Shown: positions 49,201-61,461 of the stretch, in pieces | Numbering within the stretch: position 1 is the first letter of the stretch | Layout of the letters: the number at the start of each line of letters is the position of its first letter | Source: Nemertoderma westbladi | Lineage: Eukaryota > Animalia > Xenacoelomorpha | Direction of reading: 5' to 3' | Length of the DNA: 64,000 nucleotides | Assembly (NCBI GenBank): GCA_032718475.1 | Contig: JAUCBJ010007822.1 | Location: forward strand, 124,001-188,000 | Made by a program: the position numbers and the translations under genes | Notes under the pieces: model-generated | Seen by the model: the letters and a program-made list of their open reading frames with translations, nothing else | The model's database searches: none | Told to the model about the DNA's origin: nothing

Positions 49201-52200
49201 CTGGGGTTACAGTTTCAACGGGATCCCGTTCCAATAAAGTCGGGATCGGGACTGGGGTTACAGTTTCACCGGGATCCCGTTCCAATAAAGTCGGGATCGG
49301 GACTGGGGTTACAGTTTCAACGGGATCCCGTTCCAATAAAGTTGGGAACGGAACTGGGGTTACAGTTTCACCGGGATCCCGTTCCAATAAAGTCGGGATC
49401 GGGACTGGGGTTACAGTTTCACCGGGATCCCGTTCCAATAAAGTCGGGATCGGGACTGGGGTTACAGTTTCAACGGGATCCCGTTCCAATAAAGTCGGGA
49501 TCGGGACTGGGGTTACAGTTTCAACGGGATCCCGTTCCAATAAAGTCGGGATCGGGACTGGGGTTACAGTTTCACCGGGATCCCGTTCCAATAAAGTAGG
49601 GATCGGGACTGGGGTTACAGTTTCACCGGGATCCCGTTCCAATAGTCGGGATCGGGACTGGGGTTACAGTTTCACCGGGATCCCGTTCCAATAAAGTCGG
49701 GATCGGGACTGGGGTTACAGTTTCACCGGGATCCCGTTCCAATAGTCGGGATCGGGACTGGGGTTACAGTTTCACCGGGATCCCGTTCCAATAAAGTCGG
49801 GATCGGGACTGGGGTTACAGTTTCACCGTGATCCCGTTCCAATAGTCGGGATCGGGACTGGGGTTACAGTTTCACCGGGATCCCGTTCCAATAAAGTCGG
49901 GATCGGGACTGGGGTTACAGTTTCACCGGGATCCCGTTCCAATAATGTCGGGATCGGGACTGGGGTTACAGTTTCACCGGGATCCCGTTCCAATAAAGTC
50001 GGGATCGGGACTGGGGTTACAGTTTCACCGGGATCCCGTTCCAATAGTCGGGATCGGGACTGGGGTTACAGTTTCACCGGGATCCCGTTCCAATAAAGTC
50101 GGGATCGGGACTGGGGTTACAGTTTCACCGGGATCCCGTTCCAATAAAGTCGGGATCGGGACTGGGGTTACAGTTTCACCGGGATCCCGTTCCAATAGTC
50201 GGGATCGGGACTGGGGTTACAGTTTCACCGGGATCCCGTTCCAATAAAGTAGGGATCGGGACTGGGGTTACAGTTTCACCGGGATCCCGTTCCAATAAAG
50301 TCGGGATCGGGACTGGGGTTACAGTTTCACCGGGATCCCGTTCCAATAAAGTCGGGATCGGGACTGGGGTTACAGTTTCACCGGGATCCCGTTCCAATAA
50401 AGTCGGGATCGGGACTGGGGTTACAGTTTCACCGGGATCCCGTTCCAATAAAGTCGGGATCGGGACTGGGGTTACAGTTTCACCGGGATCCCGTTCCAAT
50501 AAAGTCGGGATCGGGACTGGGGTTACAGTTTCACCGGGATCCCGTTCCAATAAAGTCGGGATCGGGACTGGGGTTACAGTTTCACCGGGATCCCGTTCCA
50601 ATAAAGTCGGGATCGGGACTGGGGTTACAGTTTCACCGGGATCCCGTTCCAATAAAGTCGGGATCGGGACTGGGGTTACAGTTTCACCGGGATCCCGTTC
50701 CAATAAAGTCGGGATCGGGACTGGGGTTACAGTTTCACCAGGATCCCGTTCCAATAAAGTCGGGATCGGGACTGGGGTTACAGTTTCACCGGGATCCCGT
50801 TCCAATAAAGTCGGGATCGGGACTGGGGTTACAGTTTCAACGGGATCCCGTTCCAATAAAGTCGGGATCGGGACTGGGGTTACAGTTTCAACGAGATCCC
50901 GTTCCAATAAAGTCGGGATCGGGACTGGGGTTACAGTTTCAACGGGATCCCGTTCCAATAAAGTCGGGATCGGGACTGGGGTTACAGTTTTACCGGGATC
51001 CCGTTCCAATAAAGTCGGGATCGGGACTGGGGTTACAGTTTCACCGGGATCCCGTTCCAATAAAGTCGGGATCGGGACTGGGGTTACAGTTTCACCGGGA
51101 TCCCGTTCCAATAAAGTCGGGATCGGGACTGGGGTTACAGTTTCACCGGGATCCCGTTCCAATAAAGTCGGGATCGGGTCAGGGGTTACAGTTTCACCGG
51201 GATCCCGTTCCAATAAAGTCGGGATCGGGACTGGGGTTACAGTTTCACCGGGATCCCGTTCCAATAAAGTCGGGATCGGGACTGGGGTTACAGTTTCACC
51301 GGGATCCCGTTCCAATAAAGTCGGGATCGGGACTGGCGACTGGGGTTACAGTTTCACCGGGATCCCGTTCCAATAAAGTCGGGATCGGGACTGGGGTTAC
51401 AGTTTCACCGGGATCCCGTTCCAATAAAGTCGGGATCGGGACTGGGGTTACAGTTTCACCAGGATCCCGTTCCAATAAAGTCGGGATCGGGTCAGGGGTT
51501 ACAGTTTCACCGGGATCCCGTTCCAATAAAGTAGGGATCGGGACTGGGGTTACAGTTTCACCGGGATCCCGTTCCAATAAAGTCGGGATCGGGTCAGGGG
51601 TTACAGTTTCACCGGGATCCCGTTCCAATAAAGTCGGGATCGGGACTGGGGTTACAGTTTCACCGGGATCCCGTTCCAATAAAGTCGGGATCGGGACTGG
51701 GGTTACAGTTTCACCGGGATCCCGTTCCAATAAAGTCGGGATCGGGTCTGGGGTTACAGTTTCACCGGGATCCCGTTCCAATAAAGTCGGGATCGGGACT
51801 GGGTTTACAGTTTCAACGGGATCCCGTTCCAATAAAGTCGGGATCGGGACTGGGGTTACAGTTTCACCGGGATCCCGTTCCAATAAAGTCGGGATCGGGA
51901 CTGGGTTTACAGTTTCAACGGGATCCCGTTCCAATAAAGTCGGGATCGGGACTGGGGTTACAGTTTCACCGGGATCCCGTTCCAATAAAGTCGGGATCGG
52001 GTCAGGGTTTACAGTTTCAACGGGATCCCGTTCCAATAAAGTCGGGATCGGGACTGGGGTTACAGTTTCACCGGGATCCCGTTCCAATAAAGTCGGGATC
52101 GGGACTGGGGTTACAGTTTCACCGGGATCCCGTTCCAATAAAGTCGGGATCGGGTCAGGGGTTACAGTTTCACCGGGATCCCGTTCCAATAAAGTCGGGA

Positions 52201-55200
52201 TCGGGACAGGGGTTACAGTTTCAACGGGATCCCGTTCCAATAAAGTCGGGATCGGGACTGGGGTTACAGTTTCACCGGGATCCCGTTCCAATAAAGTCGG
52301 GATCGGGTCAGGGGTTACAGTTTCAACGGGATCCCGTTCCAATAGTCGGGATCGGGACTGGGTTTACAGTTTCAACGGGATCCCGTTCCAATAAAGTCGG
52401 GATCGGGACTGGGGTTACAGTTTCACCGGGATCCCGTTCCAATAAAGTCGGGATCGGGTCTGGGGTTACAGTTTCACCGGGATCCCGTTCCAATAAAGTC
52501 GGGATCGGGACTGGGGTTACAGTTTCACCGGGATCCCGTTCCAATAAAGTCGGGATCGGGACTGGGGTTACAGTTTCAACGGGATCCCGTTCCAATAAAG
52601 TCGGGAGCGGGTCAGGGGTTACAGTTTCACCGGGATCCCGTTCCAATAAAGACGGGATTGGGACTGGGGTTACAGTTTCACCGGGATCCCGTTCCAATAA
52701 AGTCGGGATCGGGACTGGGGTTACAGTTTCACCGGGATCCCGTTCCAATAAAGTCGGGATCGGGACTGGGGTTACAGTTTCACCGGGATCCCGTTCCAAT
52801 AAAGTCGGGATCGGGACTGGGGTTACAGTTTCACCGGGATCCCGTTCCAATAAAGTCGGGATCGGGACTGGGGTTACAGTTTCACCGGGATCCCGTTCCA
52901 ATAAAGTCGGGATCGGGACTGGGGTTACAGTTTCACCGGGATCCCGTTCCAATAAAGTCGGGATCGGGACTGGGGTTACAGTTTCACCGGGATCCCGTTC
53001 CAATAAAGTCGGGATCGGGACTGGGGTTACAGTTTCAACGGGATCCCGTTCCAATAAAGTCGGGAGCGGGTCAGGGGTTACAGTTTCACCGGGATCCCGT
53101 TCCAATAAAGACGGGATTGGGACTGGGGTTACAGTTTCACCGGGATCCCGTTCCAATAAAGTCGGGATCGGGACTGGGGTTACAGTTTCAACGGGATCCC
53201 GTTCCAATAAAGTCGGGATCGGGTCAGGGGTTACAGTTTCACCGGGATCCCGTTCCAATAAAGTCGGGATCGGGACTGGGGTTACAGTTTCACCGGGATC
53301 CCGTTCCAATAAAGTCGGGATCGGGACTGGGGTTACAGTTTCAACGAGATCCCGTTCCAATAAAGTCGGGATCGGGACTGGGGTTACAGTTTCAACGGGA
53401 TCCCGTTCCAATAAAGTCGGGATCGGGACTGGGGTTACAGTTTCACCGGGATCCCGTTCCAATAAAGTCGGGATCGGGACTGGGGTTACAGTTTCAACGG
53501 GATCCCGTTCCAATAAAGTCGGGATCGGGACTGGGGTTACAGTTTCAACGGGATCCCGTTCCAATAAAGTCGGGATCGGGACTGGGGTTACAGTTTCAAC
53601 GAGATCCCGTTCCAATAAAGTCGGGATCGGGACTGGGGTTACAGTTTCAACGGGATCCCGTTCCAATAAAGTCGGGATCGGGACTGGGGTTACAGTTTCA
53701 CCGGGATCCCGTTCCAATAAAGTCGGGATCGGGACTGGGGTTACAGTTTCAACGGGATCCCGTTCCAATAAAGTCGGGATCGGGACTGGGGTTACAGTTT
53801 CAACGGGATCCCGTTCCAATAAAGTCGGGATCGGGACTGGGGTTACAGTTTCAACGGGATCCCGTTCCAATAAAGACGGGATTGGGACTGGGGTTACAGT
53901 TTCACCGGGATCCCGTTCCAATAAAGTCGGGATCGGGACTGGGGTTACAGTTTCACCGGGATCCCGTTCCAATAAAGTCGGGATCGGGACTGGGGTTACA
54001 GTTTCACCGGGATCCCGTTCCAATAAAGTAGGGATCGGGTCAGGGTTTACAGTTTCAACGGGATCCCGTTCCAATAAAGTCGGGATCGGGACAGTGGTTA
54101 CAGTTTCAACGGGATCCCGTTCCAATAAAGTAGGGATCGGGTCAGGGTTTACAGTTTCAACGGGATCCCGTTCCAATAAAGTCGGGATCGGGACAGTGGT
54201 TACAGTTTCACCGGGATCCCGTTCCAATAAAGTCGGGATCGGGACTGGGGTTACAGTTTCACCGGGATCCCGTTCCAATAAAGTCGGGATCGGGACTGGG
54301 GTTACAGTTTCACCGGGATCCCGTTCCAATAAAGTCGGGATCGGGACTGGGGTTACAGTTTCACCGGGATCCCGTTCCAATAAAGTCGGGATCGGGACTG
54401 GGGTTACAGTTTCACCGGGATCCCGTTCCAATAAAGTCGGGATCGGGACTGGGGTTACAGTTTCACCGGGATCCCGTTCCAATAAAGTCGGGATCGGGTC
54501 AGGGGTTACAGTTTCACCGGGATCCCGTTCCAATAAAGTCGGGATCGGGTCAGGGGTTACAGTTTTACCGGGATCCCGTTCCAATAAAGTCGGGATCGGG
54601 ACTGGGGTTACAGTTTCACCGGGATCCCGTTCCAATAAAGTCGGGATCGGGTCAGGGGTTACAGTTTCAACGGGATCCCGTTCCAATAAAGTCGGGATCG
54701 GGACTGGGGTTACAGTTTCACCGGGATCCCGTTCCAATAAAGTCGGGATCGGGTCAGGGGTTACAGTTTCACCGGGATCCCGTTCCAATAAAGTCGGGAT
54801 CGGGACTGGGGTTACAGTTTCACCGGGATCCCGTTCCAATAAAGTCGGGATCGGGTCAGGGGTTACAGTTTCACCGGGATCCCGTTCCAATAAAGTCGGG
54901 ATCGGGACTGGGGTTACAGTTTCACCGGGATCCCGTTCCAATAAAGTCGGGATCGGGACTGGGGTTACAGTTTCAACGGGATCCCGTTCCAATAAAGTCG
55001 GGATCGGGACTGGGGTTACAGTTTCACCGGGATCCCGTTCCAATAAAGTCGGGATCGGGACTGGGGTTACAGTTTCACCGGGATCCCGTTCCAATAAAGT
55101 CGGGATCGGGACTGGGGTTACAGTTTCACCGGGATCCCGTTCCAATAAAGTCGGGATCGGGACTGGGGTTACAGTTTCACCGGGATCCCGTTCCAATAAA

Positions 55201-55964
55201 GTCGGGATCGGGACTGGGGTTACAGTTTCACCGGGATCCCGTTCCAATAGTCGGGATCGGGACTGGGGTTACAGTTTCACCGGGATCCCGTTCCAATAAA
55301 GTCGGGATCGGGACTGGGGTTACAGTTTCACCGGGATCCCGTTCCAATAAAGTCGGGATCGGGACTGGGGTTACAGTTTCACCGGGATCCCGTTCCAATA
55401 AAGTCGGGATCGGGACTGGGGTTACAGTTTCACCGGGATCCCGTTCCAATAAAGTCGGGATCGGGACTGGGGTTACAGTTTCACCGGGATCCCGTTCCAA
55501 TAAAGTCGGGATCGGGACTGGGGTTACAGTTTCACCGGGATCCCGTTCCAATAAAGTCGGGATCGGGACTGGGGTTACAGTTTCACCGGGATCCCGTTCC
55601 AATAAAGTCGGGATCGGGACTGGGGTTACAGTTTCACCGGGATCCCGTTCCAATAAAGTCGGGATCGGGACTGGGGTTACAGTTTCACCGGGATCTCGTT
55701 CCAATAAAGTCGGGATCGGGACTGGGGTTACAGTTTCACCGGGATCCCGTTCCAATAAAGTCGGGATCGGGACTGGGGTTACAGTTTCAACGGGATCCCG
55801 TTCCAATAAAGTCGGGATCGGGACTGGGGTTACAGTTTCATCGGGATCCCGTTCCAATAAAGTCGGGATCGGGACTGGGGTTACAGTTTCACCGGGATCC
55901 CGTTCCAATAAAGTCGGGATCGGGTCTGGGGTTCCAGTTTCAACGGGATCCCGTTTAAACAATA
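46271..55964. mobile_element. TIR element (hAT-like ends) that contains the 51-bp satellite
   Basis: TAGTGTTTAAACGGGATC at 46271 and GATCCCGTTTAAACAATA ending at 55964 (17/18 complementary). Degenerate CGGGATC motifs at 46281-46350. No TSD found. Confidence 0.65.
46573..55955. repeat. 51-bp tandem satellite, roughly 185 copies, within ISCU intron 2
   Basis: Unit CCGTTCCAATAAAGTCGGGATCGGGACTGGGGTTACAGTTTCA(C/A)CGGGATC, with scattered 49-bp deletion variants. Confidence 0.98.
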
Positions 55965-56018
55965 GTATACAGACACAACGTCCTGTAATATAGTCCAAAT
56001 ATTTCTACAAATCTTAAT

Positions 56019-56849
56019 GAGATTGCATGAAATTTGAAACAGAGATAGTTTCACCTCCCGACCACTGACTGGGTGAGATAGTTTCACCTCCCGACCACTG
56101 ACTGGGTGAGATAGTTTCACCTCCCGACCACTGACTGGGTGAGATAGTTTCACCTCCCGACCACTGACTGGGTGAGCCAGCATTTTTATTTTGCTTTCAA
56201 TCTTTAGCTACAACCGTTTAAACAAAGTGTCTCCAGCGATATTACACGAGTTACACCGCAGTTATTCTTCGACCTTATAGTGATTTGTTGGTACCAATGG
56301 AAAGCTGGCCTGGCCATGCAAGGATTCCAAATATGTCGTCGTAAAATAGCTGAGATATGATCGTTCAAAAGTTGCAGGGTTTTGCACCGGCGTGAGGCTA
56401 TTTTATTTACACCATATTCTTTCGTACGTAGCTGGGCAACAATGCAATACCTCTTTAATCACACTATTTACGTAGCTATTCATACATAAACAAAATGTTC
56501 CAGAATATGGTGTTTTTATTTAATAGAATATAATAGCCTCACCCAGGTGCAAAACCATGCAACTTTCTAACACCCGTATCTCAGTTATTTTACGACGAAT
56601 TTCAGATTGTGTTACATATTTGGAATCCTTGCACGGCCGCTTTCCGTCAATATCAATAAATTACTACAAGGTTGAAGAATAACTGGAATAACTGCGGTGT
56701 AACTGGTACCGGTGGTATCGGTGGAGTGGAGACAACTTTTTCAAAAGCTTGTAGCTAAAGAATGAAAACGAAAATAAATATTCTGGCTCACCCAGTAAGG
56801 AGGAGGGAGGTAAAAGTATCTATCTCTGTTTCAAATTCAATGTAATCTC
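56019..56849. mobile_element. Fold-back element (imperfect palindrome over its whole length) with an internal 33-bp x4 repeat
   Basis: GAGATTGCATGAAATTTGAAACAGAGATAG...ACTGGGTGAGCCAG...TCTTTAGCTACAA...GTTACACCGCAGTTATTC...AAGGATTCCAAATATG all have reverse complements in 56520-56849. Flanked by AAT on both sides. The 33-bp repeat is at 56042-56175. Confidence 0.85.
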
Positions 56850-56976
56850 AATAAGGTTTGTAGAAAAATTGGGGGGGGGGGGGGGGGGGGGGGGCACATA
56901 GCCTTGCCGTATATGTATGGTCGGTATGGTGGTAAGAAAAAATAACGGTAGACAGAGAGATGTTAACCAGATTAAC

Positions 56977-57201
56977 CTTCTTTCCTTTGACCCATTCGGT
57001 TGCTAGACTGCTGCTAGCTATGGCTGATCCGCACCCGAATGTCTTGAATACCGCCTCAACTATCTTCCCTGCCTCATCCACTCGGATCTGTAGCTTCATG
57101 ACGTCGCCACAAGCCGGCGCACCCACCAACCCAGTACCAACCAATGGGTTGCTTTTATCCAATGAACCAACATTTCTTGGACTCTCGTAGTGGTCCAACA
57201 C
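56977..57201 (-). CDS. ISCU: ISCU exon 2
   Basis: CAG acceptor, VLDHYESPRNVGSLDK...GAPACGDVMKLQI...FKTFGCGSAIASSSLATEWVKGKK, GT donor; 225 nt, phase 0. Confidence 0.96.
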
Positions 57202-57743
57202 CTGCAACAACAAAAATAAACTCCCATTGCTGCCTCGTACAAATAACAGCCAATGGCCAAAGAATAATAATGGTATATATGTCAGTATGTGGTTTTTTAT
57301 AGACTTTCGGAAAGCATTTGATTCCCTCGTCGACAGAAAGATACCTGGATACTGCTCTACAAACTACCGGTATACTCTCAGTCTCAACTCAAGTCAGCAA
57401 GTAGGAAACAGCTGAACAAAGGAAAGCTACCGGTAGGCCTATTCATTCAATTTAACAAAGGCTCTTCTACAGAATAAAATTAAAATACTTGATGGTTTAA
57501 AACTTTGAACTTTCAAAGGTCCCGAATCTCCGTTGCCTTCTTCAAGATGACCGTTTGCGTAGGCAGTACTGGCAGACTGGGGGGTTGGGTAGGCCTACGA
57601 TAAAATATACCGGTAGGCCTAATAGAAATAGATCAACTGCAGAACTGTAACATAATACTGTAATATACTGATATACCAGTACCGGTAAAGCAGAAGGCCT
57701 ATACCAGTATACCTGATCAGCTGATATCGGTAATCCAACCAAC

Positions 57744-57821
57744 CTTTTCATGGTATCCTTGGCGAGGTATTCGGTTTAAGGAAATCGCCCGCTTCCCGAT
57801 TAACCTTCTCACAGGGATCAT
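57744..57821 (-). CDS. ISCU: ISCU exon 1 (mitochondrial presequence)
   Basis: MIPVRRLIGKRAISLNRIPRQGYHEK then a GTTGGT donor. Arg-rich presequence ending in the conserved YH.K; joins exon 2 in frame to give 152 aa. Confidence 0.88.
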
Positions 57822-58559
57822 TGTTACGTCTGTTTTAGAGCTCGTACGGGCAGACAGGTGTTAGCTGTTAGCCCTTTTAGGGCCTATGTCAGTACCAGAG
57901 TACAGTATGTTGTTTAGGCTAATTCCAAAATTCACACTGCGCAGCACAACGGCCAGACGGCAGACTGACGGAGCAGGAATGGCAGAGTCAATAAAATATT
58001 TTAAAATAAACTGACTGGCTGATGACTAAGATCAGAAGATGGAAGACTGTATCTTCTAAGTTCAGAAGTTCCTTTTACCTGTTTACTACAGTGACTGTGA
58101 CTCTGGCAGCGCGGTCTGGCGGTAGGCTATTTCTGTATTTCAGTACCGATAGGCGGTATTTCAGTACAGCAGTCCTATCGCTTGGTTAGTACAATATGGT
58201 ACTTCACCAGCATACTTTTTTTTACAACATAACTAAAGCAGTATAGTATCAGTTTCTTTTTACTGTTTATTTACTTTATAATTTCTGAATTTAGAAATGT
58301 CTAATCTTTATCTTTATCCATTACAGTGAAGGCGTACTTGATTACCAATCGTTAATGGCACGATTATTGCACCTGCACAGGTGCAATAAGCTTCTGCTTC
58401 CTCCACCTCAATATTAAACATTAAATATTACAGTACAGCATTATGCAATGTGGGCTGTAACATAGATTTGATATATTGTAGATACAGTAACAGATAGGGT
58501 AGGCTACAGTTAGATATCATATACAGTATTATATAATTTTGTTATAATATATACTACTG

Positions 58560-60808
58560 TACTACTACTACTAGGATCGGCATGCTGCATTGCAGCTGCA
58601 TTTTTAAGAATGCTGTGCTGGCTTATCGACAAAATTGCACCACCACAACTCCCTATCACCCAGACATTTGCTAGATCATCCGCATCTTCAAGGCCAGTGT
58701 CCTTTAAGATGCGTCTCAAGAAAGTCATGGGCTGTCCACCATGCTTATTCACTCCATGAGGCTGCCAAAGTACAAGATTATGCACTGGTTGGTCCTCACG
58801 GCGAAAGCAATGTCCTGCAAAGCGGAGGCGATTTTGTTCTAGTGTCAAGCTTGGGGGAACCAATGAGACACCTCCAATGTTATATAGTGTCTGGTTGGAG
58901 ATGTGTGCGTTGTACTTGACACAATGAACCCGGCGTAGCATTCTTGTGAATGTGCCATCCAGAGATTTGGTGTCCTCAGAAGTTAGAGCCCAGCATGGAC
59001 TCCCATAGAGGAGTACTGGAACTACTGCTGCTCTAAATAATCGGACCTTAAGTTTCCGATTAATTCTCGGTGACTTCCAAATCCTGGAAAGCCTATTCAA
59101 GGCTGCCCATGCCTTTCCCTTACGTATTCGAAGGTCCTCACCTGACTTCCGGATCCATGATCCCAGGTAACAGAAGTCGTCCACATGCTCAAGCATACCA
59201 TCTTTTGAGCTTATGCTCATCCGATCAGAGACTTGCTGAGGACTTTCAAAGTTAACTGTCAAAATTTTGGTCTTTCTGGAGTTAATAAAAAGACCAACAC
59301 TAGAAGCAGCATGTTCTAATGAGCTGAGGAGCCGTTGGGCTCCCTCTAGTGATTCTGAGAGTACTGTCCAGTAGGTGGAGTTATTATCACCCCATAATCA
59401 TTATGATGATCTAAGGACATGCGTAGAACATAGTCAACCACAATTATGAACAAGAATGGTGCAAATGTGTCTCCCTGGAGGACGCCCATGGTTCTGTGTC
59501 ACCGTCAACAGTAGACACAAATGTTGTCAAACCATCGTATACTGATCTAATTGCTGCAATAATTTCATCAGGAATCTCATATAATGAAAGTATGCTGAAC
59601 ATACGTGAGCGAGAGACTGAATCAAAGGCCTGGAAGAAGTCAACAAAGATAACAGCCAGATGCCTGTCTTTCTTTTTTTGATAACTCTTCAATTATCCTT
59701 CTAAGTGCCAAAATGGGCTCCATGGTCCCACGACCTTTACGGAACCCATTCTGATTTCCACGGAGCAGCCTCTCAATGGGATCCCTGATGCGATTTAAAA
59801 GAACTCTATTGTATAGCTTTGCAGCAATCGAGATCAATGAGATTCCCCGAAAAGAACCATATAGTGTTAGGTTGCCCTTCTTGGGAACTGGCACCAACTT
59901 ATTTGTTTTCATTTCTTGTGGGACTCTTGTTGTACGGTACATGTCTACTATGATGGGATAGATGAGCTTTAAACACTCAGGTATTTTAAAGACCTCAGGA
60001 GGAACACCATCTACTCCACTGGCACGATTGGTCTTAATGCTTTTTGCAGCAGCCTTCACTTCTGCAAAGGAGATATCGCCAATGGGAATATCTGGGAGTA
60101 CAGACTCAGACACTTTTACTTCTATAAAGTTATCAGGCAATACCCTGTCATTATTGAGGAGCTTTTCAAAGTGGGCCTTCCAACCATTGAGGCGATCGGC
60201 TGGTGATGTAGCTTAACCTTGGTGGTTGGTTGGCTTTTCCGACCAGGAAGCAAGTTGATCGATTTCCATGCCTGGGATGATTGCCTGCTGTCGTCAGCAT
60301 CATTGATGGCATCAACCTGTTGGTTTATTAGCTCCTGTAGATTAACAGAGTACTGCCTGTTCAGGGACCTAGATGCAGCCTTAACTGCATTCTTGGCCGC
60401 TGTAGTCTGTTTGATTCGGGACTCTTTCTGCGCCTTATATAGGTCATTTCGGCACTTCTGGATTTTGTTGTCAGTCCAGGGGGCCCTTTTCCTGTTTCGA
60501 GGGTATACAGGAACTGTTTCTGCAGCTGCTAACTTAACTGCTTCTGTGAAGGCAGTATAGCCCTCACAGTGATCTGCCGCCTCAGAGGCAAGAACCTCAT
60601 ACCTGTTGCTCAGCTGTAGTGTGAAGCTGGATCTCACACTTGGCTGTTGCAACAGAGAGGACCAGTCATGCCGCGGCAAGGCAGATTTCGTTTTTCTGCT
60701 AGCACGCAGACTAAGTCTTACCTTGGCCACAATAAGGCAGTGATCACTGGAGAAGGGTCGAAGTGTAAATGCATTACAGTCTTGTATAGAGCTCCTGTAC
60801 TTCCTATA
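58560..60808 (-). pseudogene. Decayed RTE-like LINE (endonuclease C-terminus, RT, (AGT)n tail)
   Basis: SSDHCLI, ASGVDG, FRGISL, QNGFRKGRGT, FVDFFQAFDS, FCYLGS, VLLYGS; several frameshifts and a disrupted RT core. Confidence 0.88.
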
Positions 60809-60851
60809 TGATGTTATAATATATTACATCATTGCTATAATATACCAGTGT

Positions 60852-61357
60852 TATATAAACCTAACCCAGGAAGAGGAAGCACACTTGGTTCAGGTGTAAC
60901 AAAAGGACCCCTACAGTTGGCAGCAGGGCTGTAGGCCATGGATAGGCGGAAGGTAATCAACCAACGGCTAGACATGCTGACAAGGTCGGCGAAAGGTAAT
61001 CAACCAACGGCGACCTAGCGAAGACGCTTGTAGGAGTTGCGACCACAAGCGGTTTACTCTCGCAACTGAAAGATATGAGTATGAGAAACCTCCAGGAGAA
61101 ATACCGGCTCGGTCGTCGCCCGGGTCAACAAGGACCGCGTCCCTCAGTGGTACACCAGGCTGGGGTCGATAAATTGGCTACTGGAACAGAAGACAGAGAA
61201 GAAAGAAGAACCAACCTGCTGAAATGTAAAAAGACACTAAAGATTGCTACAATGAACGCACATACCCTGAAAGCACATAACAAACAGGGTGACATGGTCG
61301 CTCTGGCAATGGAATATAACATCGACATCATCTGCATCCAAGAACATTGGATTTGTC
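60852..61357 (+). pseudogene. 5' UTR and endonuclease N-terminus of an RTE-like LINE
   Basis: ORF from 61075 contains the APE motifs LKIATMNAHTL and IDIICIQEH, then is interrupted. Confidence 0.75.
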
Positions 61358-61461
61358 ATAATTGGATAATTGATTGGAAAGGACGTAATTAATTGGATAA
61401 TTGATTGCTCTGGAAGCAATTATCCAATTAATTGCGCCCATCGCCCAACCCAATCAATTAT
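61358..61461. mobile_element. Small palindromic MITE, right arm interrupted by an LTR
   Basis: Left arm ATAATTGGATAATTGATTGG, inner arms AATTAATTGGATAATTG/CAATTATCCAATTAATT, right arm CCAATCAATTAT cut by TGTAAAAG. Confidence 0.65.

Noticed and set aside
46565-55998. Mucin or surface-protein gene from the PVPIPT repeats
   Set aside because: Lies inside an ISCU intron and a TIR element, has no signal peptide or unique domain, and is repeatedly frameshifted.
56848-57213. Single-ORF bacterial-type iscU as listed in the ORF track
   Set aside because: Homology is limited to 56977-57201 and bounded by splice sites; the other exons are at 57744-57821 and 45680-45835.
57290-57335. FIDFRKAFDSL motif in ISCU intron 1
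   Set aside because: Only a tiny LINE RT remnant, too short to annotate as an element.
60975-61020. Hammerhead ribozyme (CTGACAA...GAAA)
   Set aside because: The core deviates from CUGANGA, stem II cannot form properly, and there is no UH cleavage triplet after stem III.
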